Shown here: piece after piece, positions 37,880 through 47,535 of the stretch
Layout: each line of letters begins with the position of its first letter
Numbering within the stretch: position 1 is the stretch's first letter
Made by a program: the position numbers and the translations under genes
Notes under the pieces: generated by a model
What the model was told of the DNA's origin: nothing
What the model saw: the letters and a program-made list of their open reading frames with translations, nothing else
Database searches by the model: none
Source of the DNA: an uncultured bacterium
Lineage (GTDB): Bacteria > Bacteroidota > Rhodothermia > Balneolales > DATFMH01
DNA: 64,000 nucleotides
NCBI GenBank assembly: GCA_963712305.1
Contig: CAVQHI010000002.1
Location: 1,322,440-1,386,439 of the forward strand
Direction of reading: 5' to 3'

Positions 37880-39136
37880 ATGAAGAGACGATACGGAATG
37901 ATACTTGCCACCGTGGTTATAGCCCTTCTCCTGACTCAATGTTACAACTCGATTACCAATCCGGTACGAACGGTTGATGGCCTGCGTCCACTCACAAAGT
38001 CAGAGCAGATGATAGCAAGCTCGAGTCAGTCGTTTGGTATTGATGTATTCAAGGATGTTGTTAGAGAGGAACAGGGTAACAACGTTTTTATCTCACCGCT
38101 AAGCCTGTCGATGGCCCTTGGTATGGCGTTAAACGGCGCCGCCGGTGATACGAGATCGGCTATGATGAAAACCATCGATGCTTTAGATTTGAGTGTGCAG
38201 GATATGAATGCTTCTTATCAAAGCCTGATGAAGTTGCTTGTGAGAGCAGATCCGAAAGTGAAGATGGAGCTGGCCAATTCTATTTGGTATCGCGATACAT
38301 TCAGCGCGAAGCAGAGCTTCATCAAAACATGCCAGAGCTATTATGATGCCAGGGTTCAGGCCATGGATTTTAACGATAGTCAAGCGACAAAGATCATTAA
38401 CAACTGGGTGAGTGATAAAACGCATGGCAAAATCGAAAAGATGGTTGATCCACCAATCCCTGCAGATGCTATGATGTACCTGATGAATGCCATCTATTTT
38501 AAAGGTGACTGGATTTTTAAATTTGACAGCACAGCCACCAGACCTGAGAATTTTACGCTCACAGACGGTTCGACAGTTCGTCCTGATATGATGCGAATGA
38601 GTGAAAAATTGCCTTTATACCAATCAAATGAACTTCAGATGCTCGATTTGGCATATGGCGACAGTTTGTTTTCGATGGATATTCTCCTGCCGACCGCCGG
38701 TACCAATATCGATGATTTTGTATCCGGTCTTACCCGTGATAAAGTGGACAGTTGGATCAACGAGCTTCAAGTTGACACGCTAAATGTCATTATTCCTAAG
38801 TTTGAAATGGATTATGAGATAACGCTCAATAAGATGCTCGCTGATTTGGGAATGGGGATAGCCTTTTCACCCGGGCAAGCCGATTTCAGTAACATAAATT
38901 CAGACGAAGAGCTGTATATCAGCAAGGTAAAACAGAAGAGTTACATCAAAGTCAATGAGGAAGGAACCGAGGCCGCTGCAGTTACCATTATCGAAATGGT
39001 GAACACATCATCAACAGGTCCGGCGCCTCGCCATGTGACCCTGTTCAAAGCAGATCACCCGTTTGTGTATTTGATTCGCGAGCGCAGCAGTGGAACAATA
39101 CTGTTTATTGGTAAGATGGAAAATCCGGTGGAGTGA
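37880..39136 (+). CDS. Serpin-family protein (secreted, N-terminal Cys signal)
   Basis: 418 aa. Serpin core (NVFISPLSLSMALGMALNGA, NAIYFKGDW), hinge EEGTEAAAVT and C-terminal FKADHPFVYLIRE. Confidence 0.9.
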   Translation: MKRRYGMILATVVIALLLTQCYNSITNPVRTVDGLRPLTKSEQMIASSSQSFGIDVFKDVVREEQGNNVFISPLSLSMALGMALNGAAGDTRSAMMKTIDALDLSVQDMNASYQSLMKLLVRADPKVKMELANSIWYRDTFSAKQSFIKTCQSYYDARVQAMDFNDSQATKIINNWVSDKTHGKIEKMVDPPIPADAMMYLMNAIYFKGDWIFKFDSTATRPENFTLTDGSTVRPDMMRMSEKLPLYQSNELQMLDLAYGDSLFSMDILLPTAGTNIDDFVSGLTRDKVDSWINELQVDTLNVIIPKFEMDYEITLNKMLADLGMGIAFSPGQADFSNINSDEELYISKVKQKSYIKVNEEGTEAAAVTIIEMVNTSSTGPAPRHVTLFKADHPFVYLIRERSSGTILFIGKMENPVE

Positions 39137-39168
39137 GTGAATCAGGGGATAGAAATTGGGAATTATAG

Positions 39169-39378
39169 GGGAATAAGGGAATAAGGAGTTAAAGTCAGCG
39201 ATACATAAAAGATGTCATCCTGAACCCCAAACCGGTTTTCTACAGCATCTGACGGTCGTAACGGGGTGAAGGATCTCGAGTATCATAGCACCGATCGATG
39301 GACTGGCCTGAACCGATCGTTGCCGTTTGCGCACGAGATCCTACGCCGTTTTGCAAGCAAAACAGCATCAGGATGACA
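39169..39378. repeat. 210-bp direct repeat, copy B (includes the TIR-bounded element at 39213-39378)
   Basis: See copy A. Starts 33 bp after the serpin-1 stop. Confidence 0.9.
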
Positions 39379-39481
39379 TCTGTGTGTAGCGCACGGGAGA
39401 ACTTACTATCTTCCATCGCGCAAGCGGTCAGACGGTTCAAAAACCGTCAGACCGCTATACCACATAATTTAATGCTGAAAA

Positions 39482-41104
39482 ATGTTTCTGCTAATCTGCT
39501 TACTAACCCTCATCCGCCCAGTCGCTGACTCCCTTCGTTGGGTTACGCCATTTGAACAGTCACACGGTACAGAGACAGCGACATATCATCAGGCGATATC
39601 CTATTATCAGAAACTGGCAGAGGCTTATCCTGAAATACAGAGTTACAAAATCAGGAGAGACTGATGCGGGCCTGCCGCTTCATGTCGTTGTGATATCAAA
39701 AGATCATCATTTTGATCCGGCGCAGATTCGAAGGGAAGGGAAGACGGTGTTGTTCGTCAACAATGGGATTCACCCCGGAGAGCCGTGCGGCGTGGATGCG
39801 AGCATGATGCTGGCGCGCGACCTGGTGCAGAAACATGCGATGAAGCGACTACTCGATCATGTAGTGGTAGTGATCATCCCAATCTATAATGTCGGCGGAT
39901 CGATGAATCGAAGCTGGCCGAGCAGGGCCAATCAGAACGGTCCGAAGTCATACGGATTTCGGGGCAACGCACGCAACTACGATCTGGACCGTGATTTCAT
40001 CAAGGCCGATTCGAAGAACATGAAAAGCTTTGCGGAGATCTTCCATCGATGGAATCCCGATGTGATGGTTGACAACCACGCATCTGATGGTGCCGATTAT
40101 CAGTATGTGATGACTCTCATCGAGACCCAGCAGGATGTCTTCAATCCGGTAATGCGCCGGTTCTACGAGTCGAAGATGCGTCCGGCACTCTATAGTGGCA
40201 TGAAGAACGATGGTTTCCCGATGACGCCGTATGTGGAAAGCTTCAAAACCTCGCCCGACTCCGGGATCGTGTCATTCATGGATTATCCGAGATATTCGAG
40301 TGGGTACGCTGCTCTTTTCAACACGATCAGTTTCATCACCGAAACACACATGCTGAAACCATACAGGCAGCGTGTGAGGCTGCGTATCAATTCATGAACG
40401 TTATGCTGAATGTGATGAACCGGAATTACCGGGATTTATTGAAAACCCGTTCCGATGCCGATCATATGTTGTTCGACAAAAGGAGTATCGGTACAACTGG
40501 CAACTTGATACGACATCATCGAAGCCGATTGGAGTTCAAGGGATATGTAGCAAAATATCATAAAAGCCAGATCACTGGACTGCCGCAGTTGTATTACGAT
40601 GAGCATGAACCTTATACTAAACAGATCCGGTATTACAACACTTATCGAGCATCAGATAGCGTGAAAGCGCCGAAAGCATTTATCCTGCCGCAGGCTTGGT
40701 TTCGTGTAGCCGGGCGATTGAGAGCGAATGGAGTTGTGCTGAAACCAATGAAGCACGACACGACGCTGGCTGTAACAGCCTATCATATATCAGATTATCG
40801 AACTTATTCACGGCCCTATGAAGGACATTATCCGCACAACAGCGTAACGGTTGAACCATTCAGGGATACCCTGTCATTCAAAAAGGGTGACTATCTGATC
40901 CCTATGAACCAGAAAACCAACCGGTACATCATGGAAGTGTTGGATCCACGGTTTTCCGATTCTTTCTTTCGATGGAACTTCTTCGATACTATCCTGATGC
41001 AGAAAGAGTATTTCGAATCATACGTGTTCGACACCGTTGCGGTCCGAATTCTGCATAACAACCCAAAGCTCAAACAAGAGTTTCGGAACAAGCAGAAAGA
41101 GTGA
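39482..41104 (+). pseudogene. M14-family zinc carboxypeptidase, at least 2 frameshifts
   Basis: Three ORFs (39482-39664, 39552-40397, 40394-41104) join into one M14 protein: signal peptide + TPFEQSHGTETATYHQAISYYQKLAEAYPEIQ | SGETDAGLPLHVVVIS...NNGIHPGEPCGVDA...ETHMLKPYRQRV | AAYQFMNVML. The shifts lie at the A-run at 39647-39650 and near 40371-40378. A further out-of-frame patch may lie near 40480-40535. Confidence 0.8.
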
Positions 41105-41320
41105 TACGTCATTCACAAATAACGTACGCGGCCAGCTGAACTGGATTTATCATCACTCGAAATATTTTGAGCCGGTGTATTTAAGGTATCCGGTGTATCG
41201 GGTGAAATAGAGTAGGGAGTTGTGAGTATTGAGATATGAGATATATGATACGAGATATGAGATATGAGATATGAGAAAATTGGAAATTAGGAGGTTTTTT
41301 GGCCAGCTTCACACATGATC

Positions 41321-41703
41321 TGTCATCCTGAGCCCTGATTAACCCGAATTATTCACGAAAAGAGGCATAATAAGTAGTCATAATATTGATTTTATTATGT
41401 TTATAAATTTGATAGGAATACTCAATTTTGGGTATGATGATTCATAGCTTCGAAATTTAGCGGTGGGCTGCGTTGTCCCAAAAATGGCTTATCAACGTAC
41501 ACAAGTACGATTCTGGCGCCATTTCCGTGACGCCTTGCCCACCACTAAATTTCTTGGTGAATAATCCGGGTTAACTTCTGCATAGCGGAAACGATCCGTT
41601 CGGGCGAAGGATCTCGTTTGCAGCCGGAACCGATCGTTGCAACTGACACTATCGTTTCCAGTTGTATACGAGATCCTTTTGGGACAGCCTCATAAGAATG
41701 ACA
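41321..41703. mobile_element. TIR-bounded repeat element interrupted by a nested MITE
   Basis: Left end tgtcatcctga (41321), right end aagaatgaca (to 41703). After removing 41343-41574 the sequence aligns with the 37547/39213 elements. Confidence 0.65.
41343..41570. mobile_element. 228-bp MITE with 14-bp TIRs and a TTAA target-site duplication
   Basis: TIRs cccgaattattcac / gtgaataatccggg match 13/14. TTAA lies at 41339-41342 and 41571-41574. An internal 16-bp long-range stem aaatttagcggtgggc...gcccaccactaaattt is present. Confidence 0.8.
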
Positions 41704-41809
41704 TTCTTGTGTTTAGATTATAACTTGAAAAGCTATTCTATGACAAATATTATTAGTACATTTTCTATGTATCCTTATATAAAACCGGCATGCCAAAAAG
41801 GAGCAAATC

Positions 41810-43054
41810 ATGAAAAGACGATACGGTATTCTGTGCTTTATCATTATTAATTCGGTCATTCTTGCACAGTGCCAGAATTCAATTACGAATCCGCCGACAC
41901 AGGTGAAAGAATTGCGTACGCTCACCCAGGCCGAGCAGCAGATTGCCACGTCAAGCCAATCATTTGGCGTGGACGTGTTCCGTAATGTGGTGGCCAACGA
42001 GGATAAAGGTAAGAATGTATTCATATCGCCGCTGAGTTTGTCGATGGCTCTCGGAATGGCCGTTAATGGTGCCGGCGGAGACACGAAAACATCCATGATG
42101 AAGGCCATGAAAGTGTCCGGTCTGGATATGAAAGGTTTCGATGAGTCGTATCAGAGTCTTATGAAACTCCTTCTGAATGCCGATCCGAAAGTACAGATGG
42201 AGATAGCTAATTCCATCTGGTACCGAAACAACTTTAGTGTGCAGCAGGATTTTATCAAGACCTGCCAGAGTTATTTTGATGCAGAAGTTCAGGGATTGAA
42301 TTTTGGGAACGGCAAATCCGCGGATGTGATCAATAACTGGGTAAATGACAAGACTAATGGCCGTATCACCAAAATGATACAACCGCCCATTTCCAGCGAG
42401 ATCGTTATGTATCTGATGAACGCGATTTATTTCAAGGGCGACTGGCGGCATCAATTCGACAAAAAGAATACCAAACCGGAAGACTTCACGCTATCGGACG
42501 GAACAAAAGTAAAACCGGATATGATGAACATGGAGACTCCGATGCCATTTTACCAATCCGAAGGAACGAAAGTGCTCGACATGGCCTACGGTGACAGTGT
42601 CTTTACAATGACCGTGATTCTTCCCCCGACCGGCACCAATATTGATGATTTTGTGGCCAATCTTACCAGTGATAAGCTGGGCAATTGGATTGGTCAGCTT
42701 CATAATGAGAAAGTGAATATTTCGATGCCGAAGTTCAAGGTAGAGTACAATACCAATCTCAATAAAGTCCTCTCCGACATGGGAATGAAAGTGGCTTTTG
42801 ATCCGTATAACGCCAATTTCAGCAATATTAATCCGAACGGGCAACTCTATATAAGCAAAGTAAAACAAAAAACGTTTGTGAAGGTTGATGAGGAGGGAAC
42901 CGAAGCCGCGGCCGCTACTTCGATAGCCATTGGATTGACAGCCGTAGAACGAATCCCTGTTTTTCGCGCCGACCGGCCGTTCGTTTACCTGATTCGTGAG
43001 CGTAGCAGCGGTACGATTCTTTTCATCGGCAAGATGGAAAATCCGGTACTGTGA
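41810..43054 (+). CDS. Serpin-family protein (paralog of 37880-39136)
   Basis: 414 aa, roughly 60% identical to serpin 1 by eye. Hinge EEGTEAAAAT with a shorter, different reactive-centre loop. Confidence 0.9.
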   Translation: MKRRYGILCFIIINSVILAQCQNSITNPPTQVKELRTLTQAEQQIATSSQSFGVDVFRNVVANEDKGKNVFISPLSLSMALGMAVNGAGGDTKTSMMKAMKVSGLDMKGFDESYQSLMKLLLNADPKVQMEIANSIWYRNNFSVQQDFIKTCQSYFDAEVQGLNFGNGKSADVINNWVNDKTNGRITKMIQPPISSEIVMYLMNAIYFKGDWRHQFDKKNTKPEDFTLSDGTKVKPDMMNMETPMPFYQSEGTKVLDMAYGDSVFTMTVILPPTGTNIDDFVANLTSDKLGNWIGQLHNEKVNISMPKFKVEYNTNLNKVLSDMGMKVAFDPYNANFSNINPNGQLYISKVKQKTFVKVDEEGTEAAAATSIAIGLTAVERIPVFRADRPFVYLIRERSSGTILFIGKMENPVL

Positions 43055-43348
43055 GTACACTTAAATTGTTTAAATGACTATCCGTAAATATTCCACTAGT
43101 GGTTTGTCTGGTCGATTCCGTTTCCAAAATGTTCCCGTACGTACATTTTGGAAACCACAGAACTCTGTGAATTTCCTGTGCTCTGCGGTAAATACAAGCG
43201 CCGGAATAACAAGCACAGAGAGGGTTCAAAGAGACTAAGTCTGAAAATGCCCTACTCTGCGAACCCTGTCGTATCTATCATCACGTATACTTCTAAACCA
43301 ACAATGATCTGATACCTGATAGTTATTTTAGGTTTTAAACTTTGGTAT

Positions 43349-43556
43349 TTAACCTGAGTTCGAGATAAGCATCTGAAGAAATCGTTAAAAACGATTCGTT
43401 TTATATTCGATGACTCATAGCACCCGGATTAATCTAGGTGTTAGGGAGAATCCGTTAACACGGGAACCGTTTTAACGGTTTATACCGGTTCGCATGTACG
43501 CCTGTATATGTCAAATCAGCATCTTTGCAGGTTAATCTTATCCTGAATTCACGTTA
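43349..43556. mobile_element. MITE-like element, long variant of the 63417-63555 family
   Basis: TTAA + cctgagttcgagataag ... cttatcctgaattcacg + TTAT. Shares the internal blocks gaaccgttttaacggtttat and aaatcagcatcttt with the 63.4-kb copy. Has an extra internal segment of about 70 bp. Confidence 0.7.
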
Positions 43557-43805
43557 TTTATGCTTTTGGACAGCCCCAGACATTCCCAACGGATTTAATG
43601 CATAAAGCTTAATAGTATGCTCTGATCAGCTACTTAAGAAAGGATGAAAACATCCGTTAACCATTAGAATGACATTTTTTTTCGGTAAGCATATACATGT
43701 GGTATAAAATATTAGAAAAGCCTAATATTCGTATGTTGTTTACTTGCTAATCACTACGAAAATGTTAAGATTGTCCCTTGGTCAATCAAAGTATCTAACA
43801 AACAA

Positions 43806-44426
43806 TTGATTGGTATGGCGTTACGTACAAATATCTACACAGACAACACATTGTTGACGTTCAACCGGCATGTGCGTGCTGTGATTTATGTGTTGCTCGC
43901 CCTTTTCATAGATATCCTTATTGATCATAGTGTAATTGCCCGCTACCTGGGTTCTGTTACCACTTATATTCTGATGGGTGTCAGTGTCCTGGGGATTATC
44001 GGCGTGTTGTTTGTCGTGCTTCTTAGGTTTTTCCCTCAAAAACTTAGCAACGTGCAATCGGTTGTTCTTTTAGATGAGCACAAATGTTTTATCAAGGGTG
44101 CTGGTGATGAAAGAGGCCATCGCGTGGATGTCGATCGTTTTCAGCATATAGAATTGCGTATGTTGGGGAAAGCCAGGTCAAAGTTAAAAAAATGGATCAT
44201 TGCTATTCGCTGGGAGACAGATAAGAAAGCAGGCAAAGGGGTGATGATCCTCTCATCTTCGGCTGACAAAAAACGATTCAGCTCTATTCTGGAATCCTGG
44301 TACCGCAAAGGGATTAATATCACCGAATATAATGAGCGGGGGGAACCTGCCTTCCTGTTATCCTATCCGCTCAACTACGAGGATACCCTTGAACCGGAAC
44401 ATGCCTACGACGTTTTGGCTGGTTGA
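43806..44426 (+). CDS. Hypothetical membrane protein
   Basis: 206-aa ORF with two predicted TM helices (VIYVLLALFIDILI, ILMGVSVLGIIGVLFVVLL). No recognised motifs. Confidence 0.45.
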   Translation: MIGMALRTNIYTDNTLLTFNRHVRAVIYVLLALFIDILIDHSVIARYLGSVTTYILMGVSVLGIIGVLFVVLLRFFPQKLSNVQSVVLLDEHKCFIKGAGDERGHRVDVDRFQHIELRMLGKARSKLKKWIIAIRWETDKKAGKGVMILSSSADKKRFSSILESWYRKGINITEYNERGEPAFLLSYPLNYEDTLEPEHAYDVLAG

Positions 44427-44856
44427 TTTTTTGCTGACGAATCGACCCTTGTTGAGGATGTATATATTTTGTTTCGCATTGCTTTAGGGTTGTTATTGCG
44501 AGGCGATGTCTGAGGACAAATGTATGCATATAAACTATCTGTTCAGTTTGTTGCTCAACGCTTTTTGCATCTGATTGGCCGTGGCAATCTCGGGTATAAG
44601 GGCGATGATCCACCTTGGTGAATGTAGCTGAATCCCCTAAAGATGACCTTCATTCAGAAATGACTTATACGAAAGCTATTAAAAACCGCCGTTACAAATA
44701 GGATGTTTACTCTGATTCAATGGTTATGATTACAAGTCTCCTAAAAGCTTTCTGCGGGATTTCGGGGTTGGGGACAGCAACAAGAAAGTGAATGCCACAA
44801 TCTGAAACTCTGTTTATCTTTCGTCACACTAATAATCTATTAGACGGAATACTTTT

Positions 44857-45453
44857 ATGCCCGTAAAATTTTGGAATGAGCGATATGCTGCGGATGAGTA
44901 TGTCTATGGTAAATCGCCAAATCTTTTCTTCAGGGATCAGATCGACGCAATGAAACCCGGAAAGCTATTGACTCTCGCTGAGGGCGAGGGACGAAACGGG
45001 GTCTATGCAGCTTTGAAAGGCTGGGAGGTAACAGCAGTTGATTATAGTGACGAGGGGCAAAAAAAGGCCATGAAACTGGCTCGTGAGCATGATATATCGC
45101 TTACCTATTATCTTACCCCGGTAGAGGAATTTGATTTTCCAGAAGGACATTATGATTTAGTTTCTTTAATCTACGCTCATTTTCAACCTGATATACGAAC
45201 CCTGGTTCATCACAAGGCGTTGAAAAGCCTGAAGAAAGATGGACGACTCATTCTGGAAGCGTTTAATAAGAAGCAGATCGACAGAGACACCGGCGGGCCG
45301 AAAAACATCAGTATGCTGTACAGTCTTACTGAACTCAAAAAAGATTTTAGCGACTGGTATATCAGTTATTCGGAAGAGCTGACAACCAATATCGATGAAG
45401 GGGAATTTCATCGGGGTGAGGCGGATATTGTTCGGGTTGTTGTGGAGGGATGA
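44857..45453 (+). CDS. Class I SAM-dependent methyltransferase
   Basis: 198 aa. LLTLAEGEGRNGVYAA motif I variant followed by VTAVDYS. Small TehB/TPMT-like size. Confidence 0.65.
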   Translation: MPVKFWNERYAADEYVYGKSPNLFFRDQIDAMKPGKLLTLAEGEGRNGVYAALKGWEVTAVDYSDEGQKKAMKLAREHDISLTYYLTPVEEFDFPEGHYDLVSLIYAHFQPDIRTLVHHKALKSLKKDGRLILEAFNKKQIDRDTGGPKNISMLYSLTELKKDFSDWYISYSEELTTNIDEGEFHRGEADIVRVVVEG

Positions 45454-45468
45454 TGATATGCAATGGGG

Positions 45469-45498
45469 AATCAGGCTGGATCTCTTGCCAGCCTGATT
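45469..45498 (+). terminator. Hairpin terminator after the methyltransferase gene
   Basis: 11-bp perfect stem aatcaggctgg/ccagcctgatt with an 8-nt loop. A T-rich tract (cgttttt) follows after 9 nt. Confidence 0.5.
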
Positions 45499-45709
45499 GT
45501 CTATCGTTTTTACAGCCAGAGAACAGGGAATATCCGATCGTTTCTCTGATAATTTCATGCCGTGGGTTATGCGGCCTTAGCGGCAGGTTGGCTGGTCTGC
45601 TGCCTGTTACAATGCGAGTTTGGTATAGCGGTATAGCGGTATTGCAGGGAGCTGTCATAGTTGTATTGAACGCTGATCTCGACTTCACGTTGGTTCAGCG
45701 TCAGGAGCC

Positions 45710-46522
45710 CTAAAAGGCTGTATTGATGAAGAGTGCAACGGAAGCGAGGATCAAGGCAATACCGATGACTTTTTTTAAAGTTGCATCGCTGCCTTTACCC
45801 AGGAGTACATTGCCCACAAGTGAGCCGAGGAAGAAGGAGAGCGTCACAACGAGTGTGATATCCAGAAAGATGTGACCCAGGAAATAGTGAGTCGTGGAAG
45901 AAACGGCACTTGTAATAACAATCATGAACAGAGCTGTGGCGGCAGCAATACGAGCAGGAATTTTGAAGGCCCCAATCATGATCGGGCCTTTGATGAACCC
46001 ACCGCCTACACCGAACATGCCGGCAACACCACCAGCCAGGAGACCCAGTATTGTTGTGAGGATACCGCTGAAATGATAGGTCCGGGTATCTGTTTTTCGC
46101 TCGAATGCGGGAGGTATCTGATTTATTTTTTCCAGTAAACGGGATAGGCGAGAGTCTTCTTTGGAGTTGCTTCGAATCATACTGACTCCGGCAATCAATA
46201 CGAAGAGTGCAAACAGAATTTCGAGTCTGCCGACCGGAAGCCAGGCTGTGACCATTGCTCCCAGAAAAGCACCAACCATTGTCGGGCCTTCCAATAGTAA
46301 ACCGGCCTTAAAATCTACAAGCTGTTTGCGGCTGTTGTAGAAAGTTGATACGAGACTTGAAGGGAAGAGCGCAACCGAAACGGCCCCAATGGCATGTGTG
46401 ATGGGTACGTTAAAACCCATCACAAGTATGGGAACCATAAAAACTCCGCCTCCAAATCCTGCAACTGTTCCGAAAGCGCTGATTACAAAACCAATCAGAC
46501 TGATTAAAAAATAGACCAGCAT
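45710..46522 (-). CDS. TauE/SafE-family sulfite/anion exporter
   Basis: 270 aa, polytopic. Duplicated G-rich TM repeats (GFGGGVFMVP..., GVGGGFIKGP...). Confidence 0.8.
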   Translation of the reverse strand: MLVYFLISLIGFVISAFGTVAGFGGGVFMVPILVMGFNVPITHAIGAVSVALFPSSLVSTFYNSRKQLVDFKAGLLLEGPTMVGAFLGAMVTAWLPVGRLEILFALFVLIAGVSMIRSNSKEDSRLSRLLEKINQIPPAFERKTDTRTYHFSGILTTILGLLAGGVAGMFGVGGGFIKGPIMIGAFKIPARIAAATALFMIVITSAVSSTTHYFLGHIFLDITLVVTLSFFLGSLVGNVLLGKGSDATLKKVIGIALILASVALFINTAF

Positions 46523-46898
46523 GTAATTGCAATTAAAATGTTAACCCCAAATCGAATTCCCACGGATATTATTTGATTGCCAATAGTAGCGATGATTAGC
46601 AACCTTTTCAATTTGATTAACGGTTCTTCACCCTGTTTCATTCTAATGATGAACGATAACTTTTCGCTGTTGGTTATCGTTGTAACGTATTAGGAATCAA
46701 GGGTTAAATTTGTTAACAACGATTCATGATGCGCATAAAAATTATTTTACGTTGACACTGGTAATGTTGATGCTGGCTATATAACCTTAATTGAACACAT
46801 TTTGCTTTTTAAAAACTTGTTCAATTTATTTAGTAGATGGAAATGGTTGGTAGTCAGTAGACTGACTAATTAACAATAACTCAAAATACAGAATTGAT

Positions 46899-47456
46899 AT
46901 GGGCTTACTTCCGAGTTGGGCGCCGAACGTGCATCCGCTCCTTATTCACTTTCCTATTGCTTTGCTATTTGCTGCAGTACTCTTCGATTTCCTTGGTTTG
47001 ATAAAACGTGATGCAACGTGGCTGTCGAAAGCTGCATTGTTACTTTTCGTATTTGGAGCATTGGGAGCTATTGCTGCTGTATGGAGCGGCCACGCAGCCG
47101 CTGAAGGGCTACACCAGGCTGGACTACTCCCAAAGAGCGCGGGTCCTGATTTACATGAACATGCTGAACTGGGAGAGGATACCGCATGGTTTTTTGGCAT
47201 CTATGCCGTAGTGAGACTTATACTCACCTGGTGGGGAAAAATGAGTCAGTTATCATTTGCTGTGGTAGCATTCCTTGTCGGTTTTGGTGGGCTTTATCTG
47301 GTCTACGAAACAGCAGATCATGGCGGGAAAATGGTTTATGATCATAATCTTGGCACACAGATGATGAAGGAACAGCAATTGAATATGAAGAATAACAGCA
47401 ATATTCCGGGGGCCGCCGATTCTCTATCAACAGAAGGCACCGGAGATGTTGATTGA
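46899..47456 (+). CDS. DUF2231-domain membrane protein
   Basis: 185 aa. HPLLIHFPIALLFAAVLFDFLG is the DUF2231 signature. 4 TM segments. Confidence 0.7.
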   Translation: MGLLPSWAPNVHPLLIHFPIALLFAAVLFDFLGLIKRDATWLSKAALLLFVFGALGAIAAVWSGHAAAEGLHQAGLLPKSAGPDLHEHAELGEDTAWFFGIYAVVRLILTWWGKMSQLSFAVVAFLVGFGGLYLVYETADHGGKMVYDHNLGTQMMKEQQLNMKNNSNIPGAADSLSTEGTGDVD

Positions 47457-47495
47457 CTTTGCCTCCATGATATAGCACATGGCTAAATTTTTTTG

Positions 47496-47535
47496 AAGGC
47501 ATTGGTATTCCTGTGATATCAATGCCTTTTTTTAT
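47496..47535 (+). terminator. Intrinsic terminator
   Basis: Stem aaggcattg/caatgcctt followed by a T7 run, 40 nt after the stop at 47456. Confidence 0.7.

Noticed and set aside
39482-43054. Serpin-peptidase functional pair, with the serpins as inhibitors of the adjacent peptidase
   Set aside because: The adjacent peptidase is an M14 zinc carboxypeptidase. That is a metalloprotease class not inhibited by the serpin mechanism, and the gene is a multiply frameshifted pseudogene.
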